Origin: Myxococcota bacterium
Lineage (GTDB): Bacteria; Myxococcota_A; UBA796; GCA-2862545
Reading direction: 5' to 3'
Length of the DNA stretch: 64,000 nucleotides
Assembly: GCA_039208735.1 (NCBI GenBank)
Contig: JBCCQY010000024.1
Location: forward strand, 1-64,000
In this document: in pieces, positions 29,653 to 39,495 of the stretch
How positions within the stretch are numbered: the first letter of the stretch is position 1
How the letters are laid out: each line of letters begins with the position of its first letter
Program-made: the position numbers and the translations under genes
The notes under the pieces: generated by a model
What the model was told of the DNA's origin: nothing
Seen by the model: the letters and a program-made list of their open reading frames with translations, nothing else
Databases searched by the model: none

Positions 29653-31103
29653 GCGCGTTCGGCGAGGGCATCGAGGGCTTCTTCGATCGCGTGGTCGGCG
29701 AGCCACTGACGGACCCGTGGCTTTTCAATACGAAACCGATCCACCACATCTCGGCTGATGCAGCGCCCGAGTCGCTCGAGTTGCATGCGCTCCCACGGCG
29801 TCACGCTACGGGGCGGAACGACGACTTCGAGGTCGGAACTGATCCAGATGGGAGGGGCGGCGGTCTCGCGTGTGGTGTTGGCCCGCGCCCAGACTCGTCC
29901 ATCGTCGGTGGCGGCCACCACCCCGGGGGCTCGTCGAACCAAACCCAGGCGATGCAGACGCCGGAGCACCGCATCGAGCATCTTGGCTTCGACCTCTTCA
30001 AAACCGTCGTCGTCGAAGCGACGCACAGCGATTTCACGCGCCGCACCATCTTCGGCCATCGATTCGTCGGTGAGCACTGGATACAGCGCGATGCCCTGTC
30101 GGATCCAGGGTCGGAACAGCCAGTCCCGATGCTGCTCGCGGATGAGGTCTCCCAGCACGACTTCATCGAGGGCCTGGTTGCCGGCTGCGGCCAGTGCGCC
30201 CCGCACCACGGGAAGTACGGGGCGTAGATCCGCGTCCACGAGTCGCTGCACGAGTCGATCCACGGCGTCGGGGGTGTCGCCCTCGAGCACGTCCTCGAGT
30301 CCTAGGTCGAGGTGCAGTTCGCGCGTCACCTCATCGAGGCCCAAGGCGCCCAACGCTTCGAGGGCTCGAAGGGCACGTCCCCAGCGGGGGTCCGCTTCTA
30401 GTCCGCCGCTTGCTTCGATGGTCTGGCTGCCCAGCCGTCGGCCGAGCTTGCGTCCGTCGGCTTTGGTGATCGAGCCCGAAAGGGTTCGACGAGGGCGCCA
30501 TCCGTGCAAGGCGGCGGCGAGGGACGCGACGTCGTGAAGCAAGTCGACCGGGCCCGTGCCCAAGGTGGCTCGCTCGCCAGCTTCGAACCCGACGAGGTCT
30601 TCCGTTTCGGGCATTAAGGCATCATCGAAGTCCCAATGGAGTGCCGGGGCCTTAGGCAAATCGGGATGGAGGGCGAAGCGTCCGATGGATCGGGGGGTGG
30701 AACCATCGGGTTGCATTGGCTCGACAAGTCCTGCACGGACCAGCTCTTCAATGACGGGTTCGTCGGTCATCGGGTCGAACACGTGCAACCCGAGCGCGAT
30801 GTGGTCGCGGGCCAAACGCTGGGCTCGTTCGAGGAGCGTACGCGCCGCATCCGAGAGCGTCGCCAGGCGGTCCACAACGTCTTGCTGCGAGGCTTCCGCT
30901 TGAGCTGTGGTGCGTCGGGCTTGGCGGACCAAGACCTCGAGCCCCCGTCGCTTCAGTTCGGGCAGGCGTTGATCGAACCCCGGGTCGACGACGCGTTCGG
31001 TGGGGCTTGGGGTGGCCAGCGTGTGGTCGTCGAGGGGTACGGCCAACGCGATTTGCGCCAACAGGCCTGGGTCGTCGACGGAGAGCAGGGAGACCGCCTT
31101 CAT
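29520..31103 (-). CDS. XPB-associated protein with C-terminal Helicase_C_3-like domain
   Basis: IWISSDLEVVVPP...DVVDRFRIEK...L...LPVSVRDTLSSW; ATGA-coupled to XPB. Confidence 0.72.
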   Translation of the reverse strand: MKAVSLLSVDDPGLLAQIALAVPLDDHTLATPSPTERVVDPGFDQRLPELKRRGLEVLVRQARRTTAQAEASQQDVVDRLATLSDAARTLLERAQRLARDHIALGLHVFDPMTDEPVIEELVRAGLVEPMQPDGSTPRSIGRFALHPDLPKAPALHWDFDDALMPETEDLVGFEAGERATLGTGPVDLLHDVASLAAALHGWRPRRTLSGSITKADGRKLGRRLGSQTIEASGGLEADPRWGRALRALEALGALGLDEVTRELHLDLGLEDVLEGDTPDAVDRLVQRLVDADLRPVLPVVRGALAAAGNQALDEVVLGDLIREQHRDWLFRPWIRQGIALYPVLTDESMAEDGAAREIAVRRFDDDGFEEVEAKMLDAVLRRLHRLGLVRRAPGVVAATDDGRVWARANTTRETAAPPIWISSDLEVVVPPRSVTPWERMQLERLGRCISRDVVDRFRIEKPRVRQWLADHAIEEALDALAERAQGLPVSVRDTLSSWARSAERIVLVRGVLTEDVEGLAVGARRGR

Positions 31104-32764
31104 GCGACCACCTCAATGCGGTAGGGGTAGCCCTGTTCGGCCAGGAACAGCTGACGACGCTCCGCATGCTCCTGTTCGCTCGTGTCTGAGGTCACGAGGG
31201 TGTAGAAGGTAGCTTGGTTCTCACCCTTCTTGGGCCGCAACACCCGGCCCAGCCGTTGGGCTTCTTCCTGCCGGCTGCCAAACGTGCCCGACACCTGAAT
31301 GGCGACGGAGGCGCTCGGTAAGTCCACCGCGAAGTTGCCGACCTTCGACAGCACCAACACGTTGGTCTCGCCGTTGCGAAACTGTCCGTAGAGAGTGTTG
31401 CGTTGACGCTTCGGGGTTTTGCCCGTGATGATCGGCAGGTTGAAGCGGCGCGCGATCCACTGCAGCTGGTCGACGTAGGTGCCAAGCACCAACGTGGGGC
31501 GTCCCTCGTGACGTTCGATGAGGTCGTCGACAATCGCGGTTTTGCGTGGGTTGGTGGCGGCGATCTTGAAGCGTGCACGGGCGCTCGCTCCCACGTACCG
31601 AAGCCGGTCGGGGTCTGAAAGGGGCACGCGAACTTCGACACACCGAGCCTGCGCAATCCAGCCTTGATGCTCTAGGATCTTCCAAGGCAGATCGAAGCGC
31701 TTGGGGCCCACGAGCGCAAACACGTCGGTCTCGCGGTGATCTTCGCGAACCAGGGTGGCGGTGAGCCCCAGGCGGCGTCGGGCTTGGAGCATGGCCGTCT
31801 CACGGAAGATGGGAGCGGGCAGCAAGTGCACTTCGTCATAGACGATGAGCCCCCAGTTCTCACGGTGGAACAAGGGAAAGTGAGCCGGCGCGGAGTGCTG
31901 ATCGGGGCGCCACGTCAGGATCTGGTAGGTGGTCAGGGTCACCGGACGCAGTTGCTTGACCTCTGAGGTGTACTCGCCAACCTGGTCCTCCGTCAGGGTT
32001 GTTGAACGAAGGATCTCTCGCTTCCATTGCCGAAGTGCGGTCTGGCCAGTGCACAAGATCAGGGTTCGCATGCCCGTGCGAATCATGGCGCCGATGCCAA
32101 CCAGCGTCTTGCCGGCCCCACACGGGAGCACGATCACTCCAGACCCTGCCCCCGGCCCCTGGCTGAACGCGTCGATGGCCTCGATCTGGTAGTCGCGTAG
32201 CTGGAACGGTTCACCCTGCGGGGTCTCCGTGCGCAGTGCCATCTCGAGCGCATCGCCGTCGGTGTAGCCAGCCAGGTCCTGTACAGGATGCCCAAGGTGC
32301 GTCAGGACTTGCTTGAGTTCGCCGCGATGTCGGGGGTGGACCTTGACCGCGCAGTCGTCAACGGGCTTGCCGATGAGGTCGGCGATGGCCTTGATCGCCA
32401 GGAGTTCCTGAAGGTCGGAAGGGTGATCGACCTCGAGGCGGAGCGTAGGGCCGTCACTCACGAGCCGCAGCGTGCCGTACCGCGACATGTGCTCCTGGAT
32501 GACGACAGGAATGTTCTCGGGAATCGGGTACTTCGCCCACCGGGTCAGCCTTTCGAGGACTTCATCGGCGGTATGGCCGGCCGCGGCTGCATTCCAAAGC
32601 GACAAGGCCGTGAGGCGCCACGTGTGGATGTACTCCGGGCTCTTCACCAGCTCCGCGAAGGCCAGCAGGTCGTCGCGGGCGGCTTCATGGTGCGGGTTCT
32701 GCGTCTCGAGCAGAAGCGAGTGGTCGCCTTGCACGATGAGCGGGTTCTCGGGAACGTAGGCCAT
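31100..32764 (-). CDS. Bacterial XPB (Ssl2/Rad25) SF2 DNA helicase
   Basis: NPLIVQGDHSLLLE, FAELVKSPEYIHTWRLT, LRDYQ, VLPCGAGKT, DEVH, GLTATLVRED, GSRQEEAQRLGRVLRPK. Confidence 0.95.
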   Translation of the reverse strand: MAYVPENPLIVQGDHSLLLETQNPHHEAARDDLLAFAELVKSPEYIHTWRLTALSLWNAAAAGHTADEVLERLTRWAKYPIPENIPVVIQEHMSRYGTLRLVSDGPTLRLEVDHPSDLQELLAIKAIADLIGKPVDDCAVKVHPRHRGELKQVLTHLGHPVQDLAGYTDGDALEMALRTETPQGEPFQLRDYQIEAIDAFSQGPGAGSGVIVLPCGAGKTLVGIGAMIRTGMRTLILCTGQTALRQWKREILRSTTLTEDQVGEYTSEVKQLRPVTLTTYQILTWRPDQHSAPAHFPLFHRENWGLIVYDEVHLLPAPIFRETAMLQARRRLGLTATLVREDHRETDVFALVGPKRFDLPWKILEHQGWIAQARCVEVRVPLSDPDRLRYVGASARARFKIAATNPRKTAIVDDLIERHEGRPTLVLGTYVDQLQWIARRFNLPIITGKTPKRQRNTLYGQFRNGETNVLVLSKVGNFAVDLPSASVAIQVSGTFGSRQEEAQRLGRVLRPKKGENQATFYTLVTSDTSEQEHAERRQLFLAEQGYPYRIEVVA

Positions 32765-33055
32765 GCCGAGTCCATAGCCCCGAGGGGCAGGGCGTTGAAG
32801 GTCATTGCGGCTCGCATCCGTCGTGCCCCGATCCTTTGCCCGGGCCACGTTGGCGCCGGTTTCGCACGTTTGGGGCGACTCTGAAGGGAGGAGTCCCCAC
32901 GACCCTCATCGTCCGGCGAATGTGCCAGACGGGGAGTGGCGGTTCATTCTTTGCCAGGTTGGGGGGGTGTCATGCACCTGGTCGACGACCGAATCGTACA
33001 GTGGCGCGAAGCCCGAGTCTCGGTGGTCGACCCTCGTGGAGGCGCTTGGGTAGCG

Positions 33056-33745
33056 CTACTCCATGGTCTCGGGACGTGCGGCGTTGGCGACGGCGTCTTG
33101 AACCGCGGCGAGTACTTCGGTGCCGTCGAGGTTCTCGTTGCCCGAAGGCGTGCCGTGGCTCGACTCCCACACGATCTCCATCGACGAGCGGTCGACGATG
33201 ATGTCGAATCCTCGTGCGATGCTGAATGGCGACTGGTCGAACGTTCCGGCCTCGGGTCGCGTTTCCGAGTCACCGACGCAGATTCCGCGGTTGCTTCCAA
33301 ACGTGTCCATGACGAACTCGCAGCTCTCCCGTGTGCCGGGCTGAGTGCGGTCATCTTGTTCGAGGACCCAGATGATCTGGGCGCCTGCATTCTCAATGGC
33401 TTCTTCCTGGTCGACCACCTCACGGGCGTGTCTTACGCAGGCGGGTCACCAAGCGGGAATCGACACGAACAGGAGTACGTCGAACGGGCTCCAGTCGATG
33501 TCGTCGTCCAGCGCGCAGGGCGCCTGGCGAAGGTTCAGGCTCACCAGGGTGCCATCGGCGCGTAGCGACGCATTGGGCCACCGGTAGGGCGAGATCACTT
33601 CGCCGAGGGCCATCGGTTCGACGGCTCCCTCGGGGTAGGTCACATCCACGCAGTCGACGGAAGTGCCCGGCGACACGGGAACGGAAGGCTCGGTGACCGC
33701 GCAGGCGCCGAGCAACCAAGCAGCAAGGACAGGCAAGCGGTTCAT
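33056..33745 (-). CDS. Putative selenocysteine-containing thioredoxin-fold (TlpA/redoxin-like) lipoprotein, UGA read-through
   Basis: ORFs 33446-33745 and 33056-33418 share a frame and are joined by TGG TGA CCC GCC TGC = W-U-P-A-C after LLFVSIPA; lipobox LLGAC; downstream IIWVL strand; 229 aa with read-through. Confidence 0.8.
33413..33432 (-). promoter_or_regulatory. Candidate bacterial SECIS hairpin
   Basis: mRNA GAC-A-CGCC-[CGUGA]-GGUG-GUC; loop starts after a 21-nt spacer 3' of the UGA, with G at loop position 2. Confidence 0.55.
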
Positions 33746-33784
33746 GGCGGGCGGATAACGTCTGCACGGTCGATTCGAGTGCCC

Positions 33785-34558
33785 TTAGCCGTCACCAATG
33801 ATCCTCGCGCGCAACCTGGCGGCCAAACCTTCACTCCCGAGCACCGTAAGGAGGATCACGATGAGGATGGTGCTCACCTTCTCCCATTCGAGGGCCTGCA
33901 TTGCGCTGTTCAGCTCGAGCCCGAGCCCCCCCGCCCCCACGAATCCCAACACCGTCGACTCCCGAATGTTGATTTCCCACCGGAACAATGCGGTGGCAAT
34001 GAACGACGGGAGGATCTGAGGTCCGATGGCCCATCGCCACACCACGATCGCTTCAGAGCCAGTAGCGGTGAGCGCCTCGACGGGTCGTGGGTCAACCTCT
34101 TCGATGGCTTCGGCGGTCAGCTTGGCCACGAACCCGATGGACCGAAGTCCGATGGCGAGCAGGCCGGCCAGCGTGCCCGGTCCTACGATGGCGACGAGCA
34201 GCAACGCCCACACGAGCGAGTTCACCGAACGGGACGCCACGATGACAAAGGTGGCCAAGGGCTGGGCGAGCGTTCGGGAGGGGGTGACGTTGCGGGCGGC
34301 TAGCACGGCCACGGGAAGGCCGAGGAGCAAGGCCAGCAGCGTTCCCAGCGTGGCCATGGCGAAGGTGTCCCACAAGGGGCTCGCCAGCGCACCCAACGAT
34401 GCGACGTCGGGCGGCCACATGCGGCTTGCGATGTCGATCGCGACCTCGGGGGCGGTCGCGACCACCGCGGGGTCGGTCCCTTGGACGAGGGGCACGAATC
34501 CGATGGCGAAGGCCACAACCAGCCCGACCAGGAGCAGGCCCCGTACCTGAGGGGTCAT
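33785..34558 (-). CDS. phnE: Phosphonate/phosphite-type ABC permease
   Basis: LAARNVTP, RSVNSLVWALLLVAIVGPG, AEAIEEVD, RWEINIRESTVLGFVGAGGLG. Confidence 0.9.
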   Translation of the reverse strand: MTPQVRGLLLVGLVVAFAIGFVPLVQGTDPAVVATAPEVAIDIASRMWPPDVASLGALASPLWDTFAMATLGTLLALLLGLPVAVLAARNVTPSRTLAQPLATFVIVASRSVNSLVWALLLVAIVGPGTLAGLLAIGLRSIGFVAKLTAEAIEEVDPRPVEALTATGSEAIVVWRWAIGPQILPSFIATALFRWEINIRESTVLGFVGAGGLGLELNSAMQALEWEKVSTILIVILLTVLGSEGLAARLRARIIGDG

Positions 34559-35319
34559 TGGATGGCCTCGCGGATGCGACCGGACGTCACTTCGACCGCG
34601 AGCACGATCCCGATGATGACGAGAATAATGGCCGCTGCATCGTCGTACTCGTAGCGAGCAAACGCGGTGTTGAGGGTTGCGCCAATGCCGCCACCGCCCA
34701 CGATGCCCACGATGGCCGACTCCCGAAAATTGATGTCGAGCCGGTAAAGCGCGAGTCCCACGAAGCGAGGGGCCACCTGGGGCCACACCGCCCACGCGAA
34801 CCACACTGCAGGCGCGGCTCCAGTGGCGGTCAGGGCCTGGGTCGGGGGAACGGCCACGTCTTCGATGGCTTCGGCCCACAACTTGGCGAAAAAGCCGATG
34901 CTGGCCACGATGAGGGTGAGCACGCCGGCGAGGGGGCCAAAGCCGACCACCGCCACGAACAGTACGGCGAGGATCACTTCGTGGAGGCTGCGAAACGCTG
35001 CCACGACGGTGCGACACAGCACGTAGACGGGTCGAGGGGCGAGGTTGCGGGCGCTGCCGATCGCAAACGGCACGGCCAGGGCCACCCCGAGTACCGTGCT
35101 CATCACCGTCATGGCCAAGCTCTCTCGGACGCCCAGCGCGATTTCATCGATGCGCGACACGAAATCGGGAGGAAAGAAGCCGCCGACAAACTTGAGTCCG
35201 CGAGGGAGCCCGCGCACGATCCGGTCGATATCGATATCGAGGCCGAGAAGGGCGACCAACACGTAGCCGATGAACAGTACTCCCACGACCCGACCCGCCC
35301 ATGACGCGTGGGGCTTCAT
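34555..35319 (-). CDS. phnE: Phosphonate/phosphite-type ABC permease
   Basis: [44 protein letters not shown]. Confidence 0.9.
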   Translation of the reverse strand: MKPHASWAGRVVGVLFIGYVLVALLGLDIDIDRIVRGLPRGLKFVGGFFPPDFVSRIDEIALGVRESLAMTVMSTVLGVALAVPFAIGSARNLAPRPVYVLCRTVVAAFRSLHEVILAVLFVAVVGFGPLAGVLTLIVASIGFFAKLWAEAIEDVAVPPTQALTATGAAPAVWFAWAVWPQVAPRFVGLALYRLDINFRESAIVGIVGGGGIGATLNTAFARYEYDDAAAIILVIIGIVLAVEVTSGRIREAIQ

Positions 35320-36065
35320 GAGGGGGGCTCGCCGTAGATTCGGGTCAAGGCTGAATCGTCGAGTGCCTCGGGGCCATCGTCGAACACAAGGGTCCCGGAG
35401 GCGACGCCCACGATGCGGTCGCAGGAGGTTCGCGCAAGGTCGATGTCGTGCAGGTTGATGAGCCCGGCGAGCTTTCGCTCGGCGCAAACCTCGCCGATCA
35501 AGGCCATCACCTGGCGGGCGGTGGCCGGGTCGAGGCTTGCGGTCGGTTCATCGACGAGCAGCAACGTGGGGCGTTGGGCGAGGGCCCTCGCGATGCCGAC
35601 CCGCTGGCGTTGGCCCCCTGACAAGGCGTCGGCGCGTTTTGCAGCGAGATGCTCGATCCCCACCCGGCTCAGCAGTTCGTGCGCATACGCGCGATCGGAG
35701 TCGCTGAATTGGCCGAACAAGCCATCCCAGGTGCTCATCGCTCCCAAGCAGCCCGACAGCACATTGTCGAGCACCGTCAGGCGATCGACGAGGGCGAACT
35801 CCTGGAAGATCATGCCCATGCGTCGCCGAATCACGCGAAGGGCGGGTCCGTGTTGGGCTCGCACGTTCGTTCCATCGAGCCAGATTTGTCCGGAGGTGGG
35901 CTCGACAAGGCGATTCACACAACGGATGAGCGTGCTCTTTCCAGCTCCCGACGGTCCAATGATGCCCACGACTTGTCCCGCTGGAACCTCGAGCGTGAGG
36001 CCCTTCAGCGCCTCATCTCCGGTGGGGTAGCGCTTGGTCAGCTCCTTGACGCGCAACAGGCTCAT
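35316..36065 (-). CDS. phnC: Phosphonate-type ABC ATPase
   Basis: [51 protein letters not shown]. Confidence 0.93.
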   Translation of the reverse strand: MSLLRVKELTKRYPTGDEALKGLTLEVPAGQVVGIIGPSGAGKSTLIRCVNRLVEPTSGQIWLDGTNVRAQHGPALRVIRRRMGMIFQEFALVDRLTVLDNVLSGCLGAMSTWDGLFGQFSDSDRAYAHELLSRVGIEHLAAKRADALSGGQRQRVGIARALAQRPTLLLVDEPTASLDPATARQVMALIGEVCAERKLAGLINLHDIDLARTSCDRIVGVASGTLVFDDGPEALDDSALTRIYGEPPS

Positions 36066-37021
36066 CGGCAGTCGTAGGACACGCCGTTGGCCGCATCGAT
36101 CTTGCGCACGGTCTCCCACACGGTGGCGTATTGGATGGGCAAGAACTGAGCTTCCTTGGCGAACTCTGCCTTCAGGGCCGTGCCTTCCCAGGCGAAGGAG
36201 GCGAATGCTTCTTTGATTTTGGTGGCGAGTTCCGGCTTCAAGTCGTGCGCCACCCCGTAGGCGGTGGTGGGGAACGACGCCGATCTGTACAAGGACCGGA
36301 TCTTGGTCGCATCGACGAGTTCGCGATCCACCATGCGCTTCATGACGGAGTTGGCGATGGCGGCGGCATCGTAGTCCTGCTGAAACACCCCGAGCACCGA
36401 GTTGTCGTGCTTGCCACTGAATTCGATTTTTACGTCGTTGGTGACGTCGATGCCGAACTCACTCTTCAAAATGGCACTCGGGGCCTTGAATCCAGAGTTC
36501 GAGGTGCGTGAGGTGAAAGCAAGGGTCTTGCCCTTCAGCTGCTCAACCTGGGTGATGCCACTGTCGACGTGGGTAATGAGTTCCATCTCGTAGCCGTAGG
36601 TGCCATCGGCGGAGGCCATCATCGTGAAGGGCACAAACCCGGCGCAGTTCACGGCCAGCGCCGTTCCCCCCGTGTTGACCCCGGCCACGTGCAACCGACC
36701 GGCGCGCATCGCCTCGAGCTGGGCGGCATTGCTTTGGACGGGGAAGAACCGGACTGGCTTGCCGGTGACCGACGCGAGGTGGTCGAGGAATGGCTGCCAT
36801 GCGGACTGGTAGACCGCGGGATCCTCGACCGGGGTGTAGCTAAAAATGAGGGTCTTTGGGTCTTTCTGATCGGCGGCGGCTGGCGGATCCGCCAGCAAGT
36901 CACCATCGACATCGCAGTAGCCCTTGTCGAGCGTCCCGCGCGGGCAGGGCGCTTTGGTCTCGACCGGAGTCGGTTGATCCGACGAACCACACCCCAGCCC
37001 CAGCACCGCCAAGATCCACAT
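36062..37021 (-). CDS. phnD: Phosphate/phosphite/phosphonate ABC substrate-binding lipoprotein
   Basis: LGLGC lipobox, [39 protein letters not shown]. Confidence 0.9.
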   Translation of the reverse strand: MWILAVLGLGCGSSDQPTPVETKAPCPRGTLDKGYCDVDGDLLADPPAAADQKDPKTLIFSYTPVEDPAVYQSAWQPFLDHLASVTGKPVRFFPVQSNAAQLEAMRAGRLHVAGVNTGGTALAVNCAGFVPFTMMASADGTYGYEMELITHVDSGITQVEQLKGKTLAFTSRTSNSGFKAPSAILKSEFGIDVTNDVKIEFSGKHDNSVLGVFQQDYDAAAIANSVMKRMVDRELVDATKIRSLYRSASFPTTAYGVAHDLKPELATKIKEAFASFAWEGTALKAEFAKEAQFLPIQYATVWETVRKIDAANGVSYDCR

Positions 37022-37075
37022 GCTGACTCCCTGCGCGTGTATCGCGCGGGCGGATTCTACCCACGTTGCTCGAGG

Positions 37076-37441
37076 TCAGTCGACCGCGTGGCTGTGAGTG
37101 GGAGGAGCGGCATCCCAGTTCACTCCTTTGGCGGGCAGCAGGTCGAATTTCTCGGCGATGAATTGGCCACGCTTGATGCGCCCCGACACGACCGCGCGCC
37201 GATCCATCACGCACATGCCGTCGGGTCCGTGGCTCTCGTGATCGGGGGTGTCGGCACCCACCACGGGATAGTGCTGACCGTCCAGTTCGATGGCCCAGTA
37301 GCACCCCCGGACCTCAGGCAGGTGAAAGCGGCAAAGGCCACAGCCCACCGTGGCTTCCTGTTCCGGCACGGTCGTGACGGTGGTGCAACCCACCCCAATC
37401 AGCGCAAGAGCGCTCATCAGAAGGTCGCGACGCAAGAACAT
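37076..37441 (-). CDS. Cys/His-rich small lipoprotein, DUF6370-like
   Basis: GVGC; GCGLCRF...GCYWAIELDGQHYPV...HGPDGMC. Confidence 0.7.
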   Translation of the reverse strand: MFLRRDLLMSALALIGVGCTTVTTVPEQEATVGCGLCRFHLPEVRGCYWAIELDGQHYPVVGADTPDHESHGPDGMCVMDRRAVVSGRIKRGQFIAEKFDLLPAKGVNWDAAPPTHSHAVD

Positions 37442-37525
37442 GATTCCTCCTGTGCGAGCTCGTAGCGTGGAACGAGCGAACCCTGTACCCTGGGGTCGAC
37501 GTCTCAAAGGGAACGACGGAGCGCC

Positions 37526-38515
37526 TTGGTGAGAGTGTTGCTGATCGGCACGTTGCTCGGAGCCTTGCTCGGGCTGTGCAGCTTTTGGCTGCTCGGCTCG
37601 ATCGATTGGCTCACCCCACCCCAAAAGCTTGTTGGGGCATCGGTGTTGGGGCTCGCATTCGCAGGACTCGTATGGTCCTTCGGGTTGGTGCGTTGGGTGG
37701 CCCGGCGGCTCGACCGAAGGGCCCGGCGCAAACCGACGGTCAACGTGGATGGGGAGTCCGCTGAACTTGTGGACGTGGAACTCGACGAAGATGAGCTGAC
37801 CGGCCCGGCCGATGACACTTGGCTGATGCCGGCCGTCGAAGTCCCCGATTCACCACCCCCTCGCGAGCCTACCGACCACGGAGCCTTTGGCCTGTACGAC
37901 GAGGAGGAGGACTTCGACGAGAGCACGACCCAGCTCGTGTCGCGGTCGGAACTCAAGGCGCTGGCCAGGGCGCTGTTGGATGGCAAGCGAGTTCCCGAGC
38001 CCACGCAGCACCTGTCGCCCCACGAGATCGAGGAGCTGCTGGCGTCCGCCAGGTTTGCCGTCGAAGAGGGTCGGTTTGACGATGCGCTGGACCTCTTCAC
38101 GCAAATCATCGACGGGGCAGAAGATGTTCGGGCCTACCTCGGTCGTGGGCGCGTCCATCTCGACCATTCCGACTTCAACCGTGCAATGAGCGACTTTGCG
38201 GTGGCGGAGGACCTCATGCCCGGCGCCCCCGAGCCCCTGCTCGCGATGGGCGATCTGTTCTTTGGCCGAAAGGACTACGCGCAGTCGATCGAGTATCTCA
38301 CGCTCGCACTTGAACAACAGCCCGACAACGCCATGGCGCTGACCCGCCGCGGCATGAGCTTGTACTACCGCAAGGACTACGAAGCCGCGTTGGCAGATTT
38401 GCGGCGGGCGGCCGAACTCGATCCCGACATCCCGATGCTTGCGAGCTACCTCGCGCGGGTAGAGCGACGGGTTCGCGCGACGTCGACGATTTCCCAGGAC
38501 CGCCGCCGCCGCTAG
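37526..38515 (+). CDS. Membrane-anchored TPR protein
   Basis: Two N-terminal TMs, acidic linker, TPR repeats (AYLGRGRVHL, ALTRRGMSLYYRKDYEAALADLRRAAELDP). Confidence 0.85.
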   Translation: MVRVLLIGTLLGALLGLCSFWLLGSIDWLTPPQKLVGASVLGLAFAGLVWSFGLVRWVARRLDRRARRKPTVNVDGESAELVDVELDEDELTGPADDTWLMPAVEVPDSPPPREPTDHGAFGLYDEEEDFDESTTQLVSRSELKALARALLDGKRVPEPTQHLSPHEIEELLASARFAVEEGRFDDALDLFTQIIDGAEDVRAYLGRGRVHLDHSDFNRAMSDFAVAEDLMPGAPEPLLAMGDLFFGRKDYAQSIEYLTLALEQQPDNAMALTRRGMSLYYRKDYEAALADLRRAAELDPDIPMLASYLARVERRVRATSTISQDRRRR

Positions 38516-38563
38516 TCGCACCCGTTGGTCCGAATTGTGCATCGCTTACCCGTGGAGGCAGCC

Positions 38564-39445
38564 ATGGACATGATGGTGGCGGTGGATTTATCGCATGAGC
38601 CGGACGCACTGATGGGGCGCGTCCTGCCCTGGTCAACGCGCTTTTCGGGCCGACTGCACCTGCGTGTCGTGTCGCGAGGGGTCTACGACGCGGGTGGAGA
38701 CTTTGGAGGGCTTCACGATCCGTCTCTGGCGTTGCGACTGGCTCAACATCAGCAGGGAGAGCGTGAGGCGCTGGATGAACTCGTGAAGCGACTGCCTTCC
38801 GACCGGGTGGCCAGTGCCGAGGTGTTGGCCGGTGAGGTGGGGCCGAGCTTGGTTCGAGCCGCTGATTACGTGGACCTCATCGTGTTGGGAACCCATGGTC
38901 GAAAGGGACTCGAACGGGTGTTCTTGGGCTCGGTGGCCGAGCGCCTGGTTCGCAAGGCGAACGTGCCCGTGATGGTCTTGCCGTTGACGGCAGAGCCGAT
39001 CCCTACGTCGGGGACGTTGACCGCGATGTGCCCCGTCGATGCTCGGGACGTCGATCTCCTGGCATTGCAGCGCCTGCAGGCGTGGCACGGCGACAACGTT
39101 GAACCGCACCTCGTGTACGTGCTTCCAGATCTGAGGCTCTCTCGAGAAATGGGGTTTGTCCGTCAACCCGTTGAGGCGCCGACCGAGCATCCGCTTCTGC
39201 CTTGGGCCGAAGCAAGAATTCGTCGAGCGATGGACGAGGCGGGCTGCGCGTCGACGCCGCTCCATTTCGTACTCAGTGAGGACTCCCACCCTGCCTACGA
39301 ACTTGCCAAGTTTGGCGAGGCGCAGGCGGTCGATCTGGTCGCGATGCCGACCCATGGGCGAACGGGGTGGTCGAGGTTCGCGTTCGGAAGTGTGACCGAG
39401 CAATTGGTCCGCATCATGCCCACGTCTTGCTTGGTGGTCCGCTAA
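38564..39445 (+). CDS. Tandem universal stress protein
   Basis: MVAVDLS, DLIVLGTHGRKGLERVFLGSVAERLVR, DLVAMPTHGRTGWSRFAFGSVTEQLVR. Confidence 0.92.
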   Translation: MDMMVAVDLSHEPDALMGRVLPWSTRFSGRLHLRVVSRGVYDAGGDFGGLHDPSLALRLAQHQQGEREALDELVKRLPSDRVASAEVLAGEVGPSLVRAADYVDLIVLGTHGRKGLERVFLGSVAERLVRKANVPVMVLPLTAEPIPTSGTLTAMCPVDARDVDLLALQRLQAWHGDNVEPHLVYVLPDLRLSREMGFVRQPVEAPTEHPLLPWAEARIRRAMDEAGCASTPLHFVLSEDSHPAYELAKFGEAQAVDLVAMPTHGRTGWSRFAFGSVTEQLVRIMPTSCLVVR

Positions 39446-39495
39446 GCACGCGGTGGGCGCTTTTCAACGTCGGGTGGGCCCTTTCCCCCAACCGA

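Noticed and set aside
33446..33448. In-frame TGA as a pseudogene lesion or genome-wide TGA reassignment
   Set aside because: TGA ends many intact genes here (hutU, hemB, groES, recX), so it is not globally recoded; its exact position in W-x-P-A-C plus the hairpin favours Sec over a random nonsense mutation, though that cannot be excluded without reads.
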